Position numbers and translations under genes: made by a program. This document shows, piece after piece, positions 28,547-41,073 of a DNA stretch of 64,000 bases. Each line of letters starts with the position of its first letter. Position 1 is the stretch's first letter. Source of the DNA: Haliotis rubra (Eukaryota); contig NW_025767408.1 in NCBI RefSeq assembly GCF_003918875.1, positions 434,001 through 498,000 of the forward strand, given 5' to 3'. The notes beneath the pieces are model-generated. The model was not told the DNA's origin and ran no database searches. It saw nothing but the letters and a program-made list of their open reading frames with translations.

Positions 28547-28795
28547 CTGAACGTCATTCTGCAGCTCAACTGCCAGCTCCTTCTGCAGCTCCACTGCCAG
28601 CTCCTTCTTCATCTCCTCCTGTTTGGCTGCAAGAAGACTCAGCATCTGAACGCTCTGTCGCTTGACGAGGTCAGAGGTTGTACTCTGTTCCTTCTCCCTC
28701 ATCCTCAAGGTCATTGTTTTCTTCTTCTTCTCCCTCTTCATTGACATCGTCTTCTGGAGGACGTTCTTTTCATTCTCAAACTGGACTGTCATCAG
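28547..28795 (-). CDS. Hillarin-like exon (coiled coil)
   Basis: LMTVQFENEKNVLQKTMSMKREKKKKTMT...ELQNDVQ; TCACAG| and CAG|GTGAGG; phase 0/0. Confidence 0.87.
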
Positions 28796-28910
28796 CTGTG
28801 ACAAACAAAGGTTTCATATAGGTTGAGTCTGAGATGCAAGTTCTTTGACATTTACCACTCAGAGCTTATTAATCAAGCGTAAGAGTGAACTGGAATCAAG
28901 CCAATGACCA

Positions 28911-29690
28911 AGGAACATGACACCACCTAGGAACATAACATTACTAAGGAACATGACACCACAAAGGAACATGAGTGAGTGAGTGAGTGAGTGAGTGGGT
29001 GGGTATGGTTTTAGGCTGTTTTAGCAGTATTCCAGCAATATTATGGTGGGGAACACCAGAAATGGGCTTCACACATTGTGTCCATGTGGGAAATCGAACC
29101 CGAGTCTTCAGCGTGACGAGCCAACGCTTTAACCACTAGGCTATCCCACCGCCCCCTAAGGAATATGACATCACTAAGGAACATGACACCACTAGGGAAT
29201 ATGACACCACTAGAGAACATGACATCACTAGGGAACATGACACCACTAGGGAACATGACACCACTAAGGGAACATGACACCACTAAGGGAACATGACACC
29301 ACTAAGGAACATGACACCACTAAGGAACATGACACCACTAGGGAACATGACACCACTAAGGAACATGACACCACTAGAGAACATGACACCACTAAGGAAC
29401 ATGACACCACTAGGGAACATGACACCACTAAGGAACATGACACCACTAAGGAACATGACACCACTAGGGAACATGACACCACTAGGGAACATGACACCAC
29501 TAGGGAACATGACACCACTAGGGAACATGACACCACTAGGAAACATGACACCACTAGGGAACATGACACCACTAGAGAACATGACACCACTAAGGAACAT
29601 GACACCACTAAGGAACATGACACCACTAAGGAACATGACACCACTAGGGAATATGACACCACTAGGGAATATGACACCACTAAGGAACAC
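28911..29690. repeat. Minisatellite, 18-bp unit (A/G)GGAACATGACACCACTA, >30 copies, interrupted by a SINE
   Basis: Direct reading; explains the repetitive ORFs at 29264-29862. Confidence 0.95.
28972..29156 (-). mobile_element. SINE family A inside the 18-bp minisatellite
   Basis: Full head-to-tail copy with repeat units on both sides. Confidence 0.88.
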
Positions 29691-32433
29691 AATTCTAAAT
29701 TTCCGTACCCAAGACAAATGGACCATTATAAGAGGCATTACCTTACAGCTAGATACTGCCAATACCACTCTAGCATCTTCAGATAAACGTCTACATTTAC
29801 TGCCATATTCTTCAGTACACCTACTTAACTTGTTTGCTTCATTCCCTTATACGTATATATAAATACAATACAGATAAATATTACACCATATTGGTCAGAG
29901 CTGATAGGAGGTCACAAAACATATTAAAACAGTTTACCCTGAAAAACAAAAGACAATAACACTCCAGAAGTATTAGCTGTGAAGCAAGCCCATTAAATGA
30001 AGGCACCTTGAGTGGAAAGTCTGGACAAGTAAAACATGAGTCATATAAGCAGGGCTCAGACTCCAACAAATATATAACAGCCACGGACTGACATCCATGT
30101 CTCCTGCATCTAAATCCCTGTTTATGCCAAGCTGGGATGACTCATAACCCTGACTCTCTGAACTGACTATTTACCTGAAGACCTCAAGCCTTTTCAAAGT
30201 AAAAATTTGAGAAACGCAACTTGCTACATCTATGGACCACAATAATATGAGAGATGACAAATAAATTCCCAGCTGTGACTTTCCATAAACTTCCAAAGAT
30301 TCAGTCCTAAAACACCTGTAGTCAGTCTAAAGTCATTGTTGTATTACCTTAAGCTACCAAAGTCTGATTAAATTGGTTTGAATTAGCAAAAGGGAGATCA
30401 CTCTTAAATATTTTTAAAATTTGTCTCCCTTTGGTTGACTGCAAAACTGCAAATATCAGGATTTTCATGCCCATGGAACTATGTTTAAAAATAGAATAAT
30501 AATCTAGATAATCCTAGCAAACCAAACATAAATCTTCTTAGAGCAAACTTGTTCATGAGGACCTGTCTGCGCTTAGTGTTTGTTGAATTAACATGTCTGC
30601 ATTTGAAGATTTGCAATAATCTATTTCAAACTTGTGAGTTAAAATACTTAACATGCCTATTTCCTGTTATACTGAGGCCAACAAAGTCACCCTGGTGCAT
30701 GTATAGAGTCACAGAGTGTTTGTGTATTCTGTTATCTGCATATTTTAAGGATCTGATTACCAAGTTGTAGTGACCTAAGAAATGGCTTCTGTAGCTATAC
30801 CCTAAAGAAATCCGAAACAATGCCCATCGAACCAGTGTATAAAATAGTTTTGTAATATTGCCTGTCCAAGGACTGGCTGTCCAAAAACGTTACCAGTCCT
30901 GAACAAACACAGCCTGTCCAAAAACTAAAACAATAACAAAATAATAGATGAGACGAAGTTCAAACCAAGTTAAGTTTATTTTTTCAAATATTTCCTCCGA
31001 CCAAAGGACGGCCATACTTATTTAATAGACCGTCCTTCACAAAAATACAGGGTCAAGGACGGTGGGACGGTATATGTTTTCTTCTCAATTCTTCTCCCTT
31101 GTGCTGAGAGTTTCAATTTCAAATGTAGTACCCTAAATTCAATATTCATTGAAGTACTGTGAGAAATTAATGAGGATCTTTGCGGTTTATGTTCAATTCA
31201 GGAAACAGTTTGACTAGTTTTTGACATAGAAGAAAGAGGCAAAAACAAGATGGCACTTTAGATGAAACATTCAAATCACAGATCTCCATATACACAAGAT
31301 CACTGAACAACGAGAGCTCAAGACATTATTGGAAACATTTCACTCATGCTGTGTTTTACATAGACTAAGTGGTTTATTGCAGGTAAAGCCTGAAGGGAAG
31401 CAGTCAACATGATTTATGAATCATATGTATTATGGCTTTCTCCTTCCACAAACTTGATACAGCCCTTTGATCATTGTGATAAGAATTATTGGCTGCTGAC
31501 AATCTGGGAATGTGTGGGTGTTGCACTATTTGAGGGTCAGGTGATATTCAAAACACACTTAACCTGTCAGATGAAGGTGACACAGCAACATCCCCAATAC
31601 GGCAGACCTTGACACAGGGGAGTCACAAGTACTTGCTTGCGAGGAGTCATAAAATGTCAGATAACTATCTAAATGTTTTCAAAAAATTCTTTAAATCAAG
31701 TTTGCAGTCACGGAAGAAGCATGTTTACAGCCCTGATTGTTGAGGGTGACAATAATGCAGGAAATGATTGCATGTGAATACAGTGGTTATTAGCCTGATC
31801 TGAAGTCAAACCTACACAGGTACCACTGGCCGTATTCATTCAAGACTTGATCAAATGTGGTTAAGTCAGGAAATCTACCAGTAAATACATTTTGACATTG
31901 CTGGTAGCATTGCATGGCATGTGTTTTGAACATGCGATTCATGGCTGAAGTTTCAACAGACACCCCAACAGTTCATCAACATTGCCTTGCACGGGCAACA
32001 GAACTATCACTGGCCACACATCATAAAGGATTGGGTGTACAATGTACTTATAATAACATTACTAATTATTTTCACATACCATATATTACCGTGATTAATG
32101 ATATTTTCACATTTATATCAAACAGTGATTAATGTCACTTTTACAGAACCATTTTTGGCAACATACCACCCACGTCACAGCGAGACCCACCAGAAGATGG
32201 TTTCCATAGTGTGTTGCAGTAACAGAATCAAACCAAGTTCTCTGACACAACCTGTGAATGATCCAACCATGATGCAAACACATTGCCTTCAGTTTATAAT
32301 GTATTATATAGATATTCATTCTACCATTTGCTCTATATACTGTTGTTTTCAATTTCTCTAAGGAAGATATGTTTCAGTTGGAAGCTTCTCGGTGATCCTC
32401 CGCTAGTGAAATATTTGTTTTCCCTTCACTCAC

Positions 32434-32661
32434 CTTCCTCTCATTATCCTTCAGTTTCTTCCTCTTCCCTTCCATCTGCTTGTCAAACTTTTCCGTCAAG
32501 TCCTTGAGGCGCACCTCCCATTCTTTGTTTATCTCCTCGGAGATCTTCTCTGATTCCTGTTTCCTCACAGACTGGAAGCCGCGGAACATCTCGTCCTCCT
32601 CCTTCCGCAACTTGGCCTCCAGCTCCTTCTGGGCATTGAACAGCTGCTCCCGCCGCTTGGC
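32434..32661 (-). CDS. Hillarin-like exon (coiled coil), most 5' exon identified
   Basis: AKRREQLFNAQKELEAKLRKEEDEMF...EWEVRLKDLTEKFDK...ERK; TTCCAG| and AAG|GTGAGT. The seven exons total 2565 nt in one frame. Confidence 0.87.
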
Positions 32662-32662
32662 C

Positions 32663-32990
32663 TGGAACAAGAACAGGGACATTAGAAACAAGAACAGGGA
32701 CATTAGGACATTAGGAACAAGAACAGGGATATTAGCAACAAGAACAGAGACGTGAGGAACAAGAACAGAGACGTGAGGAACAAAAACAGGGACATTAGGA
32801 ACAAGAACAGGGACATTAGGAACAAGAACAGGGACATTAGGAACAAGATGAGGGACATTAGGAAAAAGAACAGGGCCAGTAGAAACAAGAACAGAGACAT
32901 GAGGAACAGGAACATGAGCATTTAGAACAAAGCCAGAAACAAGTGGAACGAGAACAAGAACATTGGGAACAAAACATTAAACAGAAACAA
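32663..32990. repeat. Minisatellite, 21-bp unit GGAACAAGAACAGGGACATTA, decaying rightwards
   Basis: Direct reading; begins at the acceptor of exon 32661. Confidence 0.92.
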
Positions 32991-33376
32991 GAACTGGTTT
33001 CTGCCACTTGGCCTACATAAAGAACCAATACAGAAAACAGTTGCTTTTAATATTTTGTGGGTTTTCAATAACTAAGTTAGCGAGAAGGGTTTCAGAGCTG
33101 GTGTGTCATGTAATGATGTTATGTGATCCAATGGAGTGGCTGACTGAACTGATGCAGTGTTGATCGCTATTCCACCTATATCACAACATGTCAGTTTAAT
33201 TCAAGAGATACCCACAGTGATGCTTGAGTAAGATGTTTACGACGGGTATGTGTCTGGTGCTGGCTAACCAAGACACACAACTGGACAAAACTAAATATTA
33301 GTAAACCAAGGACTGGGAACACAACCATTTCTCCAGATCAAAGTAACACTATTCAACTCTCAGTGTCAGGGTTCAA

Positions 33377-33539
33377 GGAGCGGTCGGGTAACCTAGTGGT
33401 TAAAGCGTTTGCTTGTCATGCCCAAGGTGCGGGTTTGATTCCCCACATGGGTAAAATGGGTGAAGCCCATTTCTAGTGTCCCCCTGCCATGATGTTGCTG
33501 GAATATTGCCAAAAGCGGCGTAAAACCATACTCACTCAC
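33377..33539 (+). mobile_element. SINE family A
   Basis: Perfect 11-bp TSD TCAGGGTTCAA. Confidence 0.88.
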
Positions 33540-34354
33540 TCAGGGTTCAAAATTACCACAAGTGAACTCATCTGAGATGAGCAAAATTCCAGGATTTGTC
33601 ACATTTACATATGGACTCACAGTTTTACCATTAGGTAGATGACACATGTACCTGGCTATGGGGACCCATCAGTTGTCTTAACTATCCAATAAACACAGCA
33701 TTTAGGGCATCAACAAGCAGCATTTCCCCATTACCTTTCTGTAATAACAACTCTAATAAATTACTAGGGAGACACGTGTTTAGTGTGTTCCTCCCTTCCA
33801 TGACTACCCTTATAATGGGTCAATAAAATACAAACATAGCCTTAAACACATTAGCTTGCAGGTGACTGTCATAATGACGGATAGGGTTCAGTTAAATGGC
33901 AAAAGCATGTTGTGAGGGAATTATCTCATGTGCCGTTTCACCATGGAAACTGGTCCTTCAAAGCAGCAATTAACATGACGTTTGTGTCAGCCAGAAGATG
34001 AGCCCATGGGCTTAGTACCAACTACTGTATTCCCAGCACAGATCCTCAACAACACCATTTATCATAGCTCAGAATAATTCCTTCCCTGGGAACCAGGGAT
34101 CAGCTGGTGTCTGTTATGTCACACATAGGGCTTGTGTTTGCATGGAGACCAGGATTCAACAGGTGTAAATGTCCACATCATTTAAAGTCTGCTCAGATGT
34201 TACCTTCCAGGATATCAATCATGTTGTGTTTGAGCCGAGGTTGGATCATAAACATCACTGACAGGTACTTAACATGTTACAAAACTTGGTGTCAGACTGA
34301 ACAGGCCAGATCTTAAAGCACAATAAAATACCATAATAGACTTCATTATATTAC

Positions 34355-35115
34355 TACAATAATACCAGCAGTACAATGGTGTCCTGTAGACTTCATTGAC
34401 ACCTACAATAATACCAGCAGTACAATGGTGTTCGGTAGACTTCATTGACACCTACAATAATACCAGCAGTACAATGGTGTCCTGTAGACTTCATTGACAC
34501 CTACGATAATACCAGCAGTACAATGGTGTCCTGTAGACTTCATTGACACCTACAATAATACCAGCAGTACAATGGTGTCCTGTAGACTTCATTGACACCT
34601 ACAATAATACCAGCAGTACAATGGTGTTCTGTAGACTTCATTGACACCTACAATAATACCAGCAGTACAATGGTGTCCTGTAGACTTCATTGACACCTAC
34701 AATAATACCAGCAGTACAATGGTGTCCTGTAGACTTCATTGACACCTACAATAATACCAGCAGTACAATGGTGGTGTCCTGTAGACTTCTGTAGATTGAC
34801 ACCTACGATAATACCAGCAGTACAATGGTGTCCTGTAGACTTCATTGACACCTACGATAATACCAGCAGTACAATGGTGTCCTGTAGACTTCATTGACAC
34901 CTACAATAATACCAGCAGTACAATGGTGTCCTGTAGACTTCATTGACACCTACAATAATACCAGCAGTACAATGGTGTCCTGTAGACTTCATTGACACCT
35001 ACGATAATACCAACAGTACAATGGTGTCCTGTAGACTTTATTGACACCTACAAGAATACCAGCAGTACAATGGCGTTCAGTAGGCTTCATTGACACCAAC
35101 AATAATACCAGCAGT
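34355..35115. repeat. Minisatellite, 49-bp unit TACAATAATACCAGCAGTACAATGGTGTCCTGTAGACTTCATTGACACC, ~15 copies
   Basis: Direct reading. Confidence 0.95.
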
Positions 35116-37729
35116 AAGACAGCCCTGTATACACCTACATTCATACCAAGAGAGTCCTGTAAGTGTACGCCCCCTTCACTAACATATCCATCATATTTGC
35201 AGCAGTTCGCAAAGCAAAGACATGGAAGCCAACTTGTTTGAACAAATGTGTGTGAAGTTCATCTCTGAATGGTCAGCCTGTATAGAGTAACCCACCAGGT
35301 AGTAGATTGGAAAACCAGTTTGTAGGTTATAAACACTAGATGCTTCCTGGACCTATAGCTGGATCACTTTACAAACCAGGACACAGACACCCTCTACACA
35401 AATGTAGGTCTCCTCAATGATTCTGTAAACAATGACAAGCAGTTGTTAGTGTTTGGCACCAGTCATTTGCTGATAAAATACCACCACTCGGAAACTTTGT
35501 CATCCAGCAAATATAATTTGTAACAGTAAATATACCTGACCAATGAAATGTTCCAAAACTTTCACCATGTGGGACAAAACTGGTTAAATGGTTATATCAT
35601 ATTACCTAGAAGTCTATACATTCAGTTGTTAGCATATATTTACACTTCCACCCAGAAAATGTTGAACAAAGACCTACACAAAAGAGGTGATTACAGGAGA
35701 ATGTCGTTCTAAATTTCAGACACGGAAGAATGGCTATAATATTTCTGGTGTGAAATTTGATCAGTCACGATCCATCCCAAGATGGTGGGTGGGGACTGTC
35801 AACCCATCCTTTTGTCATGGTCACAGTCTGGTAATTGTCACCAACTTGACAGCCCTAGTATGTGTAAACCAAACCTACATACGCATTGTAAATATAACAT
35901 AAGTTTTGTCAGACTATATTGCTTGCATTGTACATCACACTGTTTCAATTACCAACTTACACCTGAAGTGTAAGACTTGGTGTATTTCTATAGTAAACAC
36001 AGTAAGCACAAGAGAGTGAACAGATTGAATAGTTGGAAAACCGTGTTGTAATGACACTTTAAGAAGTAACAGTACAATAACCGGTACTGCAAGTACAGCA
36101 AGATGTCTCACCACATGAGCCCTCTATTCACCACCTATATGATAACAATATTCTTTCCTATTTTTAATAATTCTTTCTTTTTCAAGGCATTGTTTGATTT
36201 AAAACCAGTGACTATACCCACAGATTCACAACATGTAGTCTTAGAACTCAATAGCAATCATTATTCAGATTCACCATTCTGTAAACACATTGGCTAATGA
36301 TCTTCATATTTACTGATTTAAACTTTCACGTTTTAGAATATGGAATTCATACATATAATGAAAATTTAATTTACACCATAATAACTTGAAAATCTGACAC
36401 ACCAACATACCAAATTCCATTTTCAAAACATTCTTTTAACATTCATCACACCTTGAAGATTCATCTTTTCATTCAAACTTGTGGCATTCAGGCCCTGTAT
36501 CTGTGAGTCTGTGTTGAACTGCCAACATCATCAGTTGAAATAAACTGATGGCCAAAAGAGAATTTACCTGTTCACTTTTCAGAAAATGCAAAAAAAGTGA
36601 AAAATGTGCCACTTTGGTAGCCAAAACAACATCGGCAATCAGGCTGCATAAAGGGTACGAACGGGATGTGAAACACACTGATAAAAAAGCGAAATGAATA
36701 AACACTTAAATGTCTTGACTGACACATGCACAGCTTGAGCCAACCCTGGGTATGATACAGACACGCCCAGATTTCTAGAACACTTGGTTCCACTCACAGT
36801 GCTGTAATGGAGGTTACAGAGAGGCAGGGCAGATATCAGACAGGGAAAGAACAGGAAGAACCAAGAAAGGTTCACAGAGTAATTGGCGGAATCAGAATGG
36901 ATACCTGACAGTGTATCAAATGCATCTGGGCAATGTTGAGACACAGTACTGGGTGCTGATACAGCTAGCCTTTTGCGGCTGATCAGAAAATTTGGCATGA
37001 AATGCATGTGACCGTAAATATCTCTTCAATGACCCAAATCTCAAACTGTGCAGTGGATGTTTTGTCAGACAACCTAATCACATTGTAAATCACCGATTTT
37101 ATGCATTTGTATTAAAGAACTGTGGCTATGGAACTGTCAACAAAATAAACAGCAGAAAGCAGACCGCTGCAGAGGGAGGGAGCCAATGACCTGTAACAGC
37201 GGTAGTGTTGGGTCATAAAGGTAAATGCACGTGCAGTTCATGATAGTTACCTGTGCACTGCAGATCATTCACATTGACTACTTCTAGCTTCACATGAAAG
37301 CTTATTCAGATGATTTACAATGTGATCATGACAAAACATCCACTTACAGTTTGAGACTGAGATGGGCCCAACATCAGTTACGGGTTTGCTTTCATAAAAC
37401 CTTTGATGAAAGTGTACAAAAATTGTACTGTCAATAATTTATTCATTGGTCTAAAGGACATTTTGAAAGTCTGCTTTTTCCCTAACGAAATATCCGATAT
37501 TGAATTCTTCGACTTGTTTTTCTTTTTGTGGGGAATAATATCTGCCTCGTTTGTTTCAATGACTCCCCTAACCGTCGAGGGAGATGTGATGGCTCCCCGC
37601 TTCATCTGTCGTCGCAAAAACACGGCCTCTGGTTCTGACTTCATCTGTCGTGACAAGCCTCTCAGACGTATACAATAGACGTATTATGGTTTTCCCCATC
37701 TTGCCCACAATCTTTACACTCAATCAAAC

Positions 37730-38060
37730 ACAGGTATCTCTCCCTGATAGCCCTAATATGTTTATATAGCCTCCACGGTCCCGTGAGTCAGAAGTAGTTT
37801 TGAGCACCGTGCATGACCACGGGTTCTTATGATTCAAAAGTCCATCGCTCACATTTGGAAACTGGCTGCGAGTGACTGAAGTCACGATCCGTGCGTGTGT
37901 TTGTGTGCTGGACCGACCACACAAGGCCCGTCGTTCAGCTAATAGACATAGCAAACTCGCCTCTTGTCAAAATACGCACTGCTCTGATCAACCGGCCGTG
38001 ATCTTACCCAGCTTCGTTTCAAAGGCAATATTGTCGGCGTTGTAAATGAACCCGCCCCTA
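37730..38060 (-). promoter_or_regulatory. Candidate promoter of the hillarin-like gene
   Basis: TATATAAA on minus (37761-37768), AP-1 site TGAGTCA (37784-37790), GC-box-like CCCGCCCC (38051-38058), at the apparent shift from CpG-poor to CpG-rich DNA. Confidence 0.45.
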
Positions 38061-38509
38061 AATAGCATGCGTCATATTTTTTCACGAAGTCGACCGAGAT
38101 TGGTATGCCGTCCACCCTATATAATTGATGAATAACACACCCCTAATTCACAGAGTGGACTAACCCGTCCAACCGATGTTATCTTCCTGTGGCACGCGAA
38201 CCAAACCAACCGGTGCAGTATTTTGATTGTCCGGAAAACAATCACACCTGTTTCAAAAGTTTTCTAAATTGAAAATACTGATATTTGTTCTAGATACCTG
38301 GAGGATAAAGCTCATATCTTGCCTGGTTTCTTGTATAACCGGAAGTAATGTAATGTATTGCTGCACGAACAGGTAAACAAACACAGAAACTCGTTTTGGT
38401 CAGTAAACGAAAATAAGTGACCCCAATATATCACCACTATATTTTGTCCTGACCAAAAGCCGAGTTCCAGGGTAAAAATCTTCAAATAGTGCGACTAGTT
38501 AATGACCTG

Positions 38510-38616
38510 GGCCTAGATTTTCGAAGCTCTCTTAGCGCTAAGATAGTCGTAAGTTAATGTTAATGTATGGCGCTTACGACTATCTTAGCGCTAAGAGAGC
38601 TTCGAAAATCTAGGTC
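38510..38616. mobile_element. Hairpin MITE family C (PIF/Harbinger-like)
   Basis: ~44-bp inverted arms GGCCTAGATTTTCGAAGCTCTCTTAGCGCTAAGATAGTCGTAAG; CTG TSD. Confidence 0.88.
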
Positions 38617-38793
38617 CTGTACCTTAATGCTTGTATGCTTGTTACTTTTGGTTATATCTTAAGTAAAACTGACAGATCTACCAAGGTCTCTTTGGCTTGG
38701 AGTGAGTGAGTGAGTGCGTGAATGAGTGAGTGAGCGAGCGACCTGGGTTAAAGTCACCCTTTTGTAACAGGTCGTGTGGGAGGAAAGTGCGAA

Positions 38794-39020
38794 ATTGGTT
38801 GGTTGGTTGGTTGTTTAACGCCACACTCAGCAAGATTCCAGCTATATGACAACGGTTTGTAAATAGTCGAGTCTGGACCAGACAATCCAGTGAACAGCAT
38901 GGGCATCGATCTATGCAATTGGGATACGATGACATGTGCCGACCAAGTCAGCGAGTTAGTCGCCTCGTACGACAAGCATGGGTTGCTGAAGACCAATTCT
39001 AACCCGGATCTGCATCAGTT
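38794..39020 (-). mobile_element. SINE family B with (CAAC)n tail
   Basis: 11-bp TSD GAAAGTGCGAA; internal deletion. Confidence 0.86.
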
Positions 39021-39198
39021 GAAAGTGCGAAGTGATGCAGGCGTTCCACGTTTACCAATTTGATTAAACCCACGAGCTCATGTCACGACCAACGAAAACT
39101 CTAGAAATACAACCGGAATGAAGCAGGATCCGAACCCCCGTGCACGAGGAACGCAACTGAACACAGCGAAATGCGGCGCGTCAGTTGACTTGCACCAG

Positions 39199-39304
39199 GG
39201 CCCCGTTTCACAAAGATATCGTAGCGCTACGACTGTCGTAAGTCTATGTTACAGTATAGGTGATACGACAGTTGTAGCGCTACGATAGCTTTGTGAAACG
39301 GCTC
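39199..39304. mobile_element. Hairpin MITE, family C-related subfamily
   Basis: Arms CCGTTTCACAAAG.TATCGTAGCGCTAC.ACTGTCGTA with internal palindrome GTAGCGCTAC; CAG on the left. Confidence 0.78.
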
Positions 39305-40966
39305 TCCGCTGAAAACTCTGAAACTCTGCTGGCTTCCAGACAGCGGGATGTCAATCAATGTGGCCAGACTAGACGTAGATCTATGCTCCTGCTATCACCC
39401 ACTGTATGTCGTGTGTCATTCCTCAGGTGCTGTAGGCCTGTGTCTCTCCGTGGTGGATAATCTCCCAGTCATCCACACTAGTCCTGAGAGCTACGAGCTT
39501 ACGAGGATCAGGACGGCGATCTGGCTGTCTGTATGTCATCGTACCCTCAACTCCGCGGATCACTGCTCAGGCCACAGTTTCGTCTATACGAGGCTCAACG
39601 TCTATACACAGCCGTCACACACATGAATACTGCGGGTAAAAAACACTATTTCATGAAAACACATACATCAACAGAAGACGTCTTTATTGAATAGATCTAC
39701 AATAGATCACACGGAACGGTGCATAATGTAGACGTGTATTATCATTCTATGCAGCTATGAGGCCCACTCCGAAAAGATGTGTCGTAAGCCGAACTCCCTG
39801 GCGTAATCGACACTCTACCCCAACAAAAGCATCACGCCCACGAGCTACAGCGCCTTTTCTGCGCAGTTATAGGTATGTAGACTTAACTCCTGGTGTGTGA
39901 AGGTCAGATTCCATCTCTCTCCAAAACATCCAGCTGCGACCTAAATGAAAGCTGTTCACCATTTTACTTAATGTGAGAAGAATTTGAGCAGCTATCTTTG
40001 ATTTCACGGCACATATATACCCATCTCCTGATGAAAGGTATACCCATCAAGTTAAATATTCCATGATGCAGATCTTTTGTTCTGTATGGGCCGTACATGC
40101 TGGACTACACCCACCCACCCCTTGAAGCACAGATGGCTACCTCGCGAGACCAGTCACGGGTATAGAACCGACGCTTCCAGGTGATCTGCGACAGCACGTC
40201 TATGACTCAGAAACACTGACCATTAATTAATCATAGCCGGCTAATCATACCCCATGGCGTTTGTAATTCCTCCGGCGCTGAAGACGACTTTGACAACGTT
40301 GGTAATAAGACAGCTATATAAAATGTATGAGATTGTAATCAGCAGACTACAGGCGAACACCCGGTAGTCAGGAATCGTAACTTCGTCATAACATCTTTTT
40401 AAATAAAAGCGTATGATCTGTTAGATGTGTAATATACTGAAAACACACAACAAAATACAACATGTTGTTCCTCAAGTCATAATTTTGTCATGTTTTCGTT
40501 TCCAGCTTGTTTTTGTCCATGTACAAACATATACCTTGGTATAAAAGGGTACGCCATAACTACACATGGCATAATTGCACATGCCAAGAGTGAGTAGTTA
40601 AAGAAACTCTTTTATTTCGAATGAACAACAAATAATCAAAGCTGGTGGCCAGAAATTGACACCTTTAAAAAGATGTGATCACAGAGAGAGATGCTTGTTT
40701 GTTGAAGACGCATGTCGCTTTACGTGGCACGTCGCAAACCTGTCAGGTCAGCGCAGCCGGGATGCGACGTCACACGACGTCAGTCAGGTTTAGCGTTATG
40801 GAGACATGCATTTAGAGATGTGTACAACGTCTTCAGTACAACGTCTTCAGTACAACATGGAGGGTTAGCATTGGCTCGACACAAACTGGTTCCTTGGGAA
40901 TCCTGTGCTCGAGCCTGACTGTTCGCGCTACATTAAAGCGCTTGTGCAGCATATCCATGAAACCAG

Positions 40967-41073
40967 GGCCTATATTTTCGAAGCTCTCTTAGCGCTAAGA
41001 TAGTCGTAAGTTAATGTTAATGTATGATACTTACGACTATCTTAGCGCTAAGAGAGCTTCGAAAATATAGGCC
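40967..41073. mobile_element. Hairpin MITE family C
   Basis: Near-identical to 38510-38616; a decayed relative follows at ~41080-41180. Confidence 0.88.

Noticed and set aside
29264-29862. Long repetitive ORFs on both strands (REHDTT, MTPLGN, VVSCSL, SGVMFP)
   Set aside because: Artefacts of an 18-bp stop-free minisatellite inside an intron. The same applies to ORFs at 22981-23416, 20627-20833 and 32703-32921.
34355-35115. CRISPR-like appearance of regular arrays (also 20355-21221, 28911-29690, 56705-57044)
   Set aside because: Units are contiguous with no unique spacers, there are no cas genes, and the DNA is eukaryotic with spliceosomal introns.
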